Shown here: positions 56,235 to 64,000 of the stretch, one piece after another
Layout: each line of letters starts with the position of its first letter
How positions within the stretch are numbered: the stretch's first letter is position 1
Source of the DNA: an uncultured delta proteobacterium
GTDB taxonomy: Bacteria > Desulfobacterota > Desulfobacteria > Desulfobacterales > UBA11574
Length of the DNA stretch: 64,000 nt
NCBI GenBank assembly: GCA_963731025.1
Contig: CAVSVL010000016.1
Coordinates: forward strand, 60,354 to 124,353
Direction: 5' to 3'
The notes under the pieces: model-generated
The model's input: only the letters and a program-made list of their open reading frames with translations
Databases searched by the model: none
What the model was told of the DNA's origin: nothing
Translations under genes and position numbers: made by a program

Positions 56235-57440
56235 TCACGGTTTTAGTTTGAAAAGCAAACGAACAACATCCGCCACTCTTGCAGCCAGCAAAGGCGGGAC
56301 TGCATTTCCGATTTGCTTGGCGATTTCTATTTTCGACCCTTTAAAAATAAAATCATCCGGAAAACTCTGAATTCTTGCCGCCTCTCTATGTGTAATGGGT
56401 CGATGTTGTTCCGGATGAAGGTATCTTCCTTTTTCAGGTTTGAAAAATTCGGTTCTGATAGTCAAAGACGGCTTTTCCCACCACAAACGCCCGAACAAAT
56501 CCGTGCTGCCGGTTTTTTTCTTCAACCAACAGTTCGGTGTTAAGTCCGGCCTAGCTTTCTGCAAATCGAACCGATTCATTCCCTCTTCAGGGATGGCCTT
56601 ATATCGGTCAATGCTCATTTGCGTGGGGCTTCTACCGAAATGCAAATCCAGCGGCGGCGGAACATCTCTTATTTCCGTCCCTTCAGGGGGTGGTAAATCT
56701 CCTATAACTTTTCTAACCGTTCTCCATTTTCGAGGGATAGAAAGATATCCATCATTTCCCATTCCGGGCAGTGCGATCTGTATATTATTTGCCTCAGGGT
56801 TGTAGTGAGACTTTCTTGGCGGGAATACTATTGCAGGATGAAAAAACCTACATCCGATAATAAATGCACGTATCCGTTTCTGAGCGACGCCATAATTGGC
56901 GGCTATCAGTTTATCTTGCCAAACTTTAAAACCCATCTTTTCAGCGTACCCAACGATCTCCCCATGCTCATAAGTATCCAGGAGTTGAGGTACGTTTTCC
57001 ATAACGAATACATCGGCGCCGGACTTTTCAACAATTTCCATAAAAGGTCGCCAAAGCTGGTTTCTTGGATCGCCTTCCCGCTGTTTATTAAGTAGGCTGA
57101 ATCCTTGACACGGCGGACCGCCAATCACAACATCGGCTTTTGGTAAATCGGTTTTTGAGTCGTTTAGAATATCGACGATATCGCCGGCAACACAATGATT
57201 ACCAAAATTTGCGTTATATGTCTCAACACAATACTCATTGAAATCATTTGCCCATATCGGTTCAAATGGTTGTCCAAAGCTTTCGGAAAATCCAAGCGTC
57301 ATTCCGCCTGCGCCTGCAAACAAATCAATCAAACGATACTTTTGTTGTTCTTCAGGCAATTTGCCGCGGAACCGAGCCTCATAAATAGCCTGATCTTCTT
57401 TTAAGATATCCAACCTCTTTATATTATCTAATTTATTCAT
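56235..57440 (-). CDS. dcm: DNA (cytosine-5)-methyltransferase
   Basis: Motif I DLFAGAGG, motif IV GGPPCQGFS, ENV, QKRIRAFI, GNAVPP. Confidence 0.9.
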   Translation of the reverse strand: MNKLDNIKRLDILKEDQAIYEARFRGKLPEEQQKYRLIDLFAGAGGMTLGFSESFGQPFEPIWANDFNEYCVETYNANFGNHCVAGDIVDILNDSKTDLPKADVVIGGPPCQGFSLLNKQREGDPRNQLWRPFMEIVEKSGADVFVMENVPQLLDTYEHGEIVGYAEKMGFKVWQDKLIAANYGVAQKRIRAFIIGCRFFHPAIVFPPRKSHYNPEANNIQIALPGMGNDGYLSIPRKWRTVRKVIGDLPPPEGTEIRDVPPPLDLHFGRSPTQMSIDRYKAIPEEGMNRFDLQKARPDLTPNCWLKKKTGSTDLFGRLWWEKPSLTIRTEFFKPEKGRYLHPEQHRPITHREAARIQSFPDDFIFKGSKIEIAKQIGNAVPPLLAARVADVVRLLFKLKP

Positions 57441-57780
57441 TACACTTCTATGTATATGAGGATTTAGGGGCAGAACTATAATTTATTATAAATTTGAATA
57501 GCATTAATCTATTAGGACTTCAATTAGGACTTCAATCATAGTTTATTTTAGCACACGTGACTTGCGGTATGCCCCTTAAATTATAAGTTTATTGCACAAT
57601 ATCTGCATCATTAAGACTTTGGCTGACAAGTCAGGGGCCCCCGTTATTTGTTGTTTGGGGTCGGGCCACGACAACCATCTATAATCACGGCGATAATACC
57701 TAAAAATAGGGCCTGATTCCGCTCTTAAACGACGATTTTGGGGGACTAAAAGCAGCTCTTTAAACTGCAATGATATTACA

Positions 57781-58053
57781 TCATCCAAGTACTGCTATTA
57801 ATTCGCCAATAACCCTCAACTCGCCAATAAAATCCCCATCAAACGTCAACTCTTCATAGCCCTTGATATGTGAATCTGGCCTTAACACAATCCTGCTATG
57901 TCGCCATTCATCCCCCTCAGTTATCTTTTCGCTGTGGTATAGCTTTACCGTAAATGATGCTCCTGTATCCTGATCTTGAATGTCCCTGTGCTGGACTATG
58001 ACTACCTTGTTGTTTCTACTCCCTCCCGGATTTTCTTTAAACAAGCACCAGGC
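57781..58053 (-). pseudogene. C-terminal fragment of an S24/LexA-like beta-barrel domain, cut by the IS21 end
   Basis: AWCLFKENPGGSRNNKVVIVQHRD...FTVKLYHSEK...IVLRPDS. The N-terminal 25 aa of the track ORF are translated IS21 terminal repeats. Confidence 0.5.
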
Positions 58054-58318
58054 TGCGTATTCCGATTGATCGCGAACACCGATTCCGATCGATTGCGAAC
58101 AGCGTTCCGATTCATCCCGAACAGTCATTCCGATTGATCGCGAACAGCATTCCGGAGCATCACGAACAGAAAATATAATACATTGAAAGCGACGCTGGTA
58201 ACCTATAAACCGTCGGCAAAGTTAATATCTCATGTGCGAACGAGGAGGAGCTATGCCGACAAAGAGGTTGACCATGCGCAAAATCAGAGAAATTTTACGG
58301 TTAAAGTTCGATTGCAGT
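58054..58318 (+). mobile_element. IS21-family remnant: left end with iterated repeats plus first 22 codons of istA
   Basis: GAGGAGG RBS then MPTKRLTMRKIREILRLKFDCS (58253-58318), a typical IstA N-terminus, followed abruptly by REP copies. Confidence 0.55.
58059..58168 (+). repeat. five direct ~20-bp repeats at 22-23-bp spacing (ATTCCGATTGATCGCGAACA)
   Basis: Units at 58059, 58082, 58104, 58127 and 58149. Interpreted as the multiple terminal transposase-binding repeats of an IS21 end. Confidence 0.7.
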
Positions 58319-58371
58319 GTTCTACGGGACGTACATAAGTTTATAAGTTTATTCATGACTGTTCTACGGAC

Positions 58372-58592
58372 TGTTCTACGGGACGTACATAAGTTTATAA
58401 GTTTATTCATAATATCTTCACGCTTAAAACTGTGGCTGACAAGTCAGGAATCTGAGATCAGATGTCAGAGATCAGAAGTCGGCTCCAAAAACCCAACCCT
58501 TAATTTCTTTTGGCGTAAGCTTTTTGTTTCTCCTTTACCGTTTTTAACTAATTCTGAAAATCTATCTGTATGTTCAAGATTATGTATTGATG
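58372..58592. repeat. segmental repeat A, copy 1 (221 bp)
   Basis: One mismatch to 59128-59348. Begins with a REP family-1 element. Confidence 0.85.
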
Positions 58593-59127
58593 CGCGTTCT
58601 AAGGGACGCTCATTAGTTTATAAGTTTATTCACAATATCTGCATGTTTAAAATAGCAGGCTTCAGGGATCGGGGACCAGAGATCGGCCGTAAAAACCCAA
58701 CCCTTAATTTCTTTTGTTTGTCTTCCTCAGTCAAAAGCTGCTTTATGGTTTCCATTATGTAATGTTTTGGGTTTTAGATAGTATTAATACCAAAGTTTAG
58801 AGAGCAGAGGAATTGATCCCAAATTCAACTTTAAAATCAGTCGCCTTAACAACGGGTTTGATGGATTTGTCTTGCTTAATCAAATCAACAATCCCGTATC
58901 GTGACATCGTCTTTAGCGTTCGAGAAAGATTGCTGCTCTTTCTGCCCGTAGCATTTTCCAACTCCTTTAAAGAATTTGGATTCTTTTCGCTGATAACCTT
59001 TAACAATTTTTGATTTTCGCTACTGAGTACTTGTGCCATCGAGTTTATGGATTCAAACCAAATTTTCGGCTCATCCTTTTTAGGCTTATATTCTCCTCGT
59101 GCAATAGCTATAGTTCTTTTTTTATAG
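58593..59127. repeat. segmental repeat B, copy 1 (535 bp)
   Basis: Matches 60918-61452 by eye. Begins with a REP variant (GTTCTAAGGGACGCTCATTAGTTTATAAG). Confidence 0.85.
58797..59127 (-). pseudogene. 5'-truncated duplicate of the TumA-like HTH gene
   Basis: Identical to the 3' two-thirds of 61122-61496. The reading frame is cut at the B1/A2 junction (59127/59128). Confidence 0.75.
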
Positions 59128-59348
59128 TGTTCTACGGGACGTACATAAGTTTATAAGTTTATTCATAATATCTTCACGCTTAAAACTGTGGCTGACAAGT
59201 CAGGAATCTGAGATCAGATGTCAGAGATCAGAAGTCGGCTCCAAAAACCCAACCCTTAATTTCTTTTGGCGTAAGCTTTTTGTTTCTCCTTTACCGTTTT
59301 TAACTAATTCTGAGAATCTATCTGTATGTTCAAGATTATGTATTGATG
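59128..59348. repeat. segmental repeat A, copy 2
   Basis: See 58372-58592. Contains the last 4 codons and stop of the NUDIX gene. Confidence 0.85.
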
Positions 59349-59758
59349 GAGATTTCTCCATTCTTCAGCTTTTCGACAAAAATCAAGTCTGCAGGAGCAA
59401 AATCAAACTCATTAAGCTGTTCCAACGATATCCACTTAAAATCATCATGATCGTTTAGATGAATTTCCCCATCTTCCCAATACGCACGATATGCCAAAAG
59501 CTCAATGGATATGTGATCGTAGTGGTAAATACTCGATCCAAGATATTCACCAACAGACACATCGATATCGAATTCTTCTTTCATTTCCCGTTTTAAACAT
59601 TGTTCCGGTGTTTCATTGATTTCGATTTTGCCGCCGGGAAATTCCCATTTGTGCGCCAGTCGATCATTGGGCCCTCTTTTGGCGATGATGATCTTGTTAT
59701 CTTTTGCCATTATCGCGGCCGTAACTTTAACAATATCTGAAAGTGCTTTACTATTCAT
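59336..59758 (-). CDS. NUDIX hydrolase (MutT-like)
   Basis: Nudix box GGKIEINETPEQCLKREMKEEFDI. Confidence 0.85.
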   Translation of the reverse strand: MNSKALSDIVKVTAAIMAKDNKIIIAKRGPNDRLAHKWEFPGGKIEINETPEQCLKREMKEEFDIDVSVGEYLGSSIYHYDHISIELLAYRAYWEDGEIHLNDHDDFKWISLEQLNEFDFAPADLIFVEKLKNGEISINT

Positions 59759-60807
59759 TATAAATTTAACCGCAAATGGAGCCGTTTCATCACATCTTTG
59801 GCTTCCTCAAGCCGTTCTACAAGCTCCCTGCTCTTTTCTCCTAAAAACCTCTCAAAATCAGCCGTGTTGAGCGGTGTAATGTAACCCTTAAGCTGAAGAT
59901 GCAACGCATCACGAAAGGCCAAATCCCGGCTGGCCATTTTGTTGCGCGCCTTTTCGATCAATGGTTTCCAGTGTGGCTGATCCTCAAAGGCACTAAAAAG
60001 CTCATCAACCTCCCATGAGGTGAGTTTATCGCCTTTTTTTTCATAGGCGCCTTCAAGCACTTTTGCAAAACCATATTCATAGGCGGAAACCAAATCTAAA
60101 ATTTCCGTGTAAAAAGTGTCGCGTACGCTGTCTTTTTCATGCAGGCGCAAAATATTGCGGTATTCTTTAGCCTTTTCACGGAAAATGCTCACATATATCT
60201 TGTCGGTGTAAAGGGGGTATTTGAAATTGCCCATATCCACATAGCTTTTTAAGGCATCTGTAAACTCTTTACGATAATTTTCCTCCTGAAACCACGTCAG
60301 AAGAAAATCTTCATCTCGCTGGTTGATATACTTTGTCCCGCCGCCGGTGCGCTGGTTGATGGTGTCTATGACAATGTCCAAAATCATCTGGCGCAGCAAA
60401 CGCGCCCGTTCGCTCTCGGTAATCAACATCCCAAGGTTAAGAAATGCCCGGAAATCAAAAATGCCCAATTGGGACACTTTTATGTTCACGAAATCTGTTT
60501 CGTTAACATCCTGTTCATAAACAGACATCTTAAATTTTTTCAGCCGGTTACCACGTATCACCTCGTACCCGTTTTGGCGCAGCTCATCGCTGAATTTCTC
60601 GATGTAATTGTCGATCGTGCGGGATGTGACCTCGAAAAATGCCGATATCTGCTCCTTGAGCACCACGGTTTTTCCTTCAAACGGAATGCCTTTGATACAT
60701 GTCGCCTTTTCTATTTCCTGTAACGCAAAGGGGTTATTCAGTATATTCTGACGATCAACCTGTGAAACGGTCAGGTCTTTCTTTTCTTTCTTGCCTTTCT
60801 TGCTCAT
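59758..60807 (-). CDS. hypothetical DNA-binding-type protein (phage/plasmid-like)
   Basis: 349 aa. Lys-rich N-terminus, HTH-like ISAFFEVTSRTIDNYIEKF. Overlaps the NUDIX start by 1 nt. Confidence 0.5.
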   Translation of the reverse strand: MSKKGKKEKKDLTVSQVDRQNILNNPFALQEIEKATCIKGIPFEGKTVVLKEQISAFFEVTSRTIDNYIEKFSDELRQNGYEVIRGNRLKKFKMSVYEQDVNETDFVNIKVSQLGIFDFRAFLNLGMLITESERARLLRQMILDIVIDTINQRTGGGTKYINQRDEDFLLTWFQEENYRKEFTDALKSYVDMGNFKYPLYTDKIYVSIFREKAKEYRNILRLHEKDSVRDTFYTEILDLVSAYEYGFAKVLEGAYEKKGDKLTSWEVDELFSAFEDQPHWKPLIEKARNKMASRDLAFRDALHLQLKGYITPLNTADFERFLGEKSRELVERLEEAKDVMKRLHLRLNL

Positions 60808-60917
60808 TTCATTTTCCTCACAGGCTTTTCACATCATCAATGCCGGCCTGGCGCAGAATCTGGACGGCGTTTGTCTTGACCACGTCGTCTTGGAATCCTG
60901 AATCTTTGAATACCACC

Positions 60918-61452
60918 CGCGTTCTAAGGGACGCTCATTAGTTTATAAGTTTATTCACAATATCTGCATGTTTAAAATAGCAGGCTTCAGGGATCGGGGA
61001 CCAGAGATCGGCCGTAAAAACCCAACCCTTAATTTCTTTTGTTTGTCTTCCTCAGTCAAAAGCTGCTTTATGGTTTCCATTATGTAATGTTTTGGGTTTT
61101 AGATAGTATTAATACCAAAGTTTAGAGAGCAGAGGAATTGATCCCAAATTCAACTTTAAAATCAGTCGCCTTAACAACGGGTTTGATGGATTTGTCTTGC
61201 TTAATCAAATCAACAATCCCGTATCGTGACATCGTCTTTAGCGTTCGAGAAAGATTGCTGCTCTTTCTGCCCGTAGCATTTTCCAACTCCTTTAAAGAAT
61301 TTGGATTCTTTTCGCTGATAACCTTTAACAATTTTTGATTTTCGCTACTGAGTACTTGTGCCATCGAGTTTATGGATTCAAACCAAATTTTCGGCTCATC
61401 CTTTTTAGGCTTATATTCTCCTCGTGCAATAGCTATAGTTCTTTTTTTATAG
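60918..61452. repeat. segmental repeat B, copy 2
   Basis: See 58593-59127. Confidence 0.85.
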
Positions 61453-61496
61453 TCCTTTTGAGAAAGAATCCCGATCTTTAATACCTTTTTTCTCAT
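61122..61496 (-). CDS. TumA-like / HVO_A0114-family HTH protein (putative antitoxin)
   Basis: MRKKVLKIGILSQKDYKKRTIAIARGEYKP...LLKVISEKNPNSLKELENATGRKSSNLSRTLKTM (winged helix). 8 nt downstream of the TumE-like gene. Confidence 0.55.
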   Translation of the reverse strand: MRKKVLKIGILSQKDYKKRTIAIARGEYKPKKDEPKIWFESINSMAQVLSSENQKLLKVISEKNPNSLKELENATGRKSSNLSRTLKTMSRYGIVDLIKQDKSIKPVVKATDFKVEFGINSSAL

Positions 61497-61504
61497 AACA
61501 TCAC

Positions 61505-61867
61505 CTATGATTTTAGTATTTCCTCTGCTGCTATCCAAAAATCTTCTAAAAGATGGCTTGCGGATTCAAATTCGTATGGAGTTACTTTATTCATTTTATG
61601 CTTATGGTCCCAAGTAATCTTACGAGCGCCATATTTCTTCTTTTTTGGCTTAAATGCATGGGCATTGTCAAAGCCCAAAACACGAATATTGTTTTGGTTA
61701 TGCAAAGTTAAAGAGTATTTAACACCATGTGGAGTTTGTAAGGTTGTTTCAACTTTTGTTGCTTCAAACTTTGTCCAATAACCATTTTCCATTGGAAAAA
61801 CCTCACCATCCAAATTCAACAATGTTTCCAACGATGAATCTTTTTTCGAGTATTTTTCCTTAGACAT
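61505..61867 (-). CDS. TumE-like (DUF6516) putative toxin
   Basis: PHGVKYSLTLHNQNNIRVLGFDNAH...WDHKH...YEFESASHLLEDFW pattern. Confidence 0.55.
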   Translation of the reverse strand: MSKEKYSKKDSSLETLLNLDGEVFPMENGYWTKFEATKVETTLQTPHGVKYSLTLHNQNNIRVLGFDNAHAFKPKKKKYGARKITWDHKHKMNKVTPYEFESASHLLEDFWIAAEEILKS

Positions 61868-61947
61868 CGGTAAATTTACTTATCATCTGATGATAATTAT
61901 GTCAAGCTTTAATAAGGACACATTACTTTGTCCTTCGTATACTACCC

Positions 61948-61980
61948 CAACTTGAGGTCACAATTTGTGACCTCAAGTTG
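61948..61980. promoter_or_regulatory. perfect 16+1+16 palindrome upstream of the TumE/TumA-like operon (candidate operator)
   Basis: CAACTTGAGGTCACAA-T-TTGTGACCTCAAGTTG, about 80 bp upstream of the 61867 start. Confidence 0.5.
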
Positions 61981-62050
61981 TTAAGTTCGTCAATTGTGCA
62001 TTCAAACAGGAAATCGTTTTTATAGAGTATAAATGGGGTCACAGGAATCT

Positions 62051-62078
62051 GGGGGACGTTCTTAACATATTAAGTTTT
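62051..62078 (-). repeat. REP family 1 (inverted orientation)
   Basis: GGGGGACGTTCTTAACATATTAAGTTTT. Confidence 0.65.
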
Positions 62079-62308
62079 CCCAACTAATTAAAATAAAAAA
62101 TCCTGTTCAGCCCGATAGTCCATCTTGCCTCATAGCTCATTCAATGGTATCGGGGTGAAATCTTTTGTTTTTATTTTTTGGAGTCTAAAAACCAATGTGG
62201 GTATCCTTCACCTCCGATGCAAGTAATTAATTGTCCTTGCATATAAATCAAAACCGGATTATTATTCAATTAAATCATCATGTAAGCCTTAAATTTTAAG
62301 GAGGAACT

Positions 62309-62506
62309 ATGAAATATAAAATTGTTCTAAATAAAACAGACGAAGGTTACAGTGTTTCCTGCCCAGGTCTACCAGGATGCTGGTCACAGGGTAAAACTGA
62401 AGTTGAAGCAATCGATAATATCAAGGATGCTATACAAGAGTACTTGGCTGCTGTATACGCCTCCGTTAAAGATTCCAACGTTCGAGAAGTTGAAATAGCC
62501 ATTTAA
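62309..62506 (+). CDS. hicB: HicB-family antitoxin
   Basis: MKYKIVLNKTDEGYSVSCPGLPGCWSQGKTEVEAIDNIKDAI; AAGGAGG RBS. Confidence 0.8.
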   Translation: MKYKIVLNKTDEGYSVSCPGLPGCWSQGKTEVEAIDNIKDAIQEYLAAVYASVKDSNVREVEIAI

Positions 62507-62508
62507 TC

Positions 62509-62724
62509 ATGCCGAAAATTCCCGGAGTCAATCATCTTCGAGCCGTTAGGGCATTGGAAAAAGCAGGTTTCCGTATTCTTCGAGATGGAAAAAAGCATAT
62601 TGTCATGTCTGACGGCACCAGATTCCTTACAATCCCTCGCAATAATCCCGTTAACGCCTTTACCATGGGCGGTATTGTCCGGGACGCCGGACTCACTGTC
62701 GATGAATTTAAAAAACTATTATAG
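62509..62724 (+). CDS. hicA: HicA-family mRNA-interferase toxin
   Basis: LRAVRALEKAGFRILRDGKKHIVMSDG..FLTIPRNNPVNAFTMGGIVRDAGL. Confidence 0.8.
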   Translation: MPKIPGVNHLRAVRALEKAGFRILRDGKKHIVMSDGTRFLTIPRNNPVNAFTMGGIVRDAGLTVDEFKKLL

Positions 62725-62770
62725 AATATCCGCTTCGCTCCAACAAGCCGGGGTCAGAATGGGCAAGTTG

Positions 62771-63892
62771 TCATTTTGATGCTAAAAGTCTATCGACTTT
62801 GGACTTTATCTGCATCATCACGAGACTCCCCAGGCTTAATTTACCCCTTGCACGTCCCAATTCGATGCTCGCTTCAATTAAATCCTTGGGTACATCCGGC
62901 TGATCATATCCCGGTTTGCGAGCCAGTGACATTGAATCTGTGGGACAGGTGGACACACATAGTCCACAGCCAATGCATCGATCCATATCAATAGACGCTT
63001 TTTCATCCACCAGTTGAACCGCCTCCATCTGGCAACGATCCTCACAAACGCCACAGCCTTCGCAAGTTTCGATGTTGATCACAGCAAAAAACGGCGTAGA
63101 TGCTAAACTCGCCGGTTTGGGATAGCTTTTTAAACTCCGAAGCACGCCGCAGCAATCTCCACAGCAGCAACAGATATTTATAATCTCCCTGGCATTGCTG
63201 GGTTGAAGTACCAAACCCGCTTCTTCTGCAATTTTAAGAATGTCTAAGGCTTCTTGTTGACCGATCTCCCGCCCAAGGCCATTGCGTTGATAATACTCTG
63301 CCCCTTTATCAAATACGAGACAGGTTTCTTCGGGCTTGCCACATCCTTTTCCTAATAAACTGAGCTCACGACGGCAGATACAAGGAGCTACCACAGATTT
63401 GCCAACATGCCTTACCATTTCCTCTGCATTTTCATAGGTCATCACCTTTAGTTCACCGGATAAGCTTTTATTAACAGGGATCGTCCGCAATTGCGGCTTT
63501 TTCCATGCTTGGTCAAAAAGAAACGGAATATATTCTCCCATATCCTTTGCAAGACCTTCATCTAAATCATTCACATGAAACTCCCAAATGCCGATGGCAT
63601 ATTGAGCGGCCATGTACATCGGTCGATCTGCTTGAGAGTCAATTCTGTAAATAAGCCCTTTTTGAGCCATGGTTTCCAATCGCTGAGAAGCTTCCCGGGA
63701 GGATATTTTGGCGCGCCTTGCCACAACCCTGGTTTCTTCGGGGATCAAGGTCAAATAAGGTGCAAATTCAGCCTCTTTGGGTGTAAACAGTCTCTTTAGA
63801 ATACGGATTTCCACGCCGGTATCAGTCGAAGGAAATCCACCGGGCAAGTTATCCAGATGTTTTGCAAGCTTTTGATAAATTTTTTCTGTCAT
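62771..63892 (-). CDS. 4Fe-4S dicluster domain protein with N-terminal winged-helix-like region
   Basis: CICRRE...CGKPEETC, CCCCGDCCG, CEGCGVCEDRC, CIGCGLCVSTCP. Confidence 0.7.
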   Translation of the reverse strand: MTEKIYQKLAKHLDNLPGGFPSTDTGVEIRILKRLFTPKEAEFAPYLTLIPEETRVVARRAKISSREASQRLETMAQKGLIYRIDSQADRPMYMAAQYAIGIWEFHVNDLDEGLAKDMGEYIPFLFDQAWKKPQLRTIPVNKSLSGELKVMTYENAEEMVRHVGKSVVAPCICRRELSLLGKGCGKPEETCLVFDKGAEYYQRNGLGREIGQQEALDILKIAEEAGLVLQPSNAREIINICCCCGDCCGVLRSLKSYPKPASLASTPFFAVINIETCEGCGVCEDRCQMEAVQLVDEKASIDMDRCIGCGLCVSTCPTDSMSLARKPGYDQPDVPKDLIEASIELGRARGKLSLGSLVMMQIKSKVDRLLASK

Positions 63893-64000
63893 GAGGACCT
63901 ACTCTTGTTAGTCCAGGGACCAGGGGGCAGGTGCCAGGACTAGCGGAACGCCCCTTAAATTATAAGTTTCTATTTTTCCTCGGCACTCTCCTCGGTCTTT

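Noticed and set aside
58059-58168. Tandem ~23-bp repeats considered as a CRISPR array or plasmid iterons.
   Set aside because: There are no spacers, because the units are contiguous. The units are degenerate, and they sit directly upstream of an IstA N-terminus. IS21 terminal repeats are the simpler explanation.
58232-58762. 176-aa plus-strand ORF.
   Set aside because: It is a chimera. It starts in the IS21 istA stub and then reads through three REP copies and segmental repeats A and B. It has no coherent protein signature after residue ~30.
63970-64000. Possible 3' end of a minus-strand CDS (...KTEESAEEK*) at the window edge.
   Set aside because: Only 10 codons are visible, which is too little to support a call.

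Overview
64-kb chromosomal window with almost all genes on the minus strand. Gene content suggests an anaerobic, selenium-using, Desulfobacterales-like bacterium; this is inferred from content only. The left ~37 kb is mostly housekeeping and metabolic: a selenocysteine formate dehydrogenase (fdhAB) with a SECIS-like hairpin, ADP-forming acetyl-CoA synthetase, a PAS hybrid histidine kinase, an ABC-2 exporter, a Na+/H+ antiporter, Fe/Mn SOD, OsmC, a MetE-like enzyme and many DUF proteins. A 3' tRNA-Lys fragment sits at 37.7 kb. To its right is a mosaic accessory island holding: two RAYT-like HUH (Y1) transposases, each bracketed by its own inverted REP pair; a twice-frameshifted GHKL ATPase; an IS110 element; an IS21 remnant; MITEs; TA pairs (HicBA, TumE/TumA-like); and a ~10-kb co-directional nuclease/helicase/methylase array. 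That array runs dcm, vsr, decayed HNH, UvrD-Cas4-like helicase-nuclease, NERD, HNH 'reader' nuclease with an in-frame TGA, PD-(D/E)xK protein, MBL/beta-CASP. The whole window carries more than 30 REP-like elements of at least three families, and these coincide with gene truncations and segmental duplications. Leads I rate highest: (1) the HNH / PD-(D/E)xK / MBL three-gene operon as an unnamed candidate defence module; (2) the dual REP/RAYT system and the REP-bounded rearrangements at 58-61 kb; (3) a MerB-like gene whose in-frame TGA aligns with the catalytic Cys and is followed by a SECIS-like hairpin; (4) dispersed promoter-plus-5'-fragment copies of the HNH gene, one now sitting directly upstream of the NERD gene. 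No rRNA or CRISPR array was seen, and the only tRNA is a fragment. All family calls come from motif recognition by eye; no searches were run.
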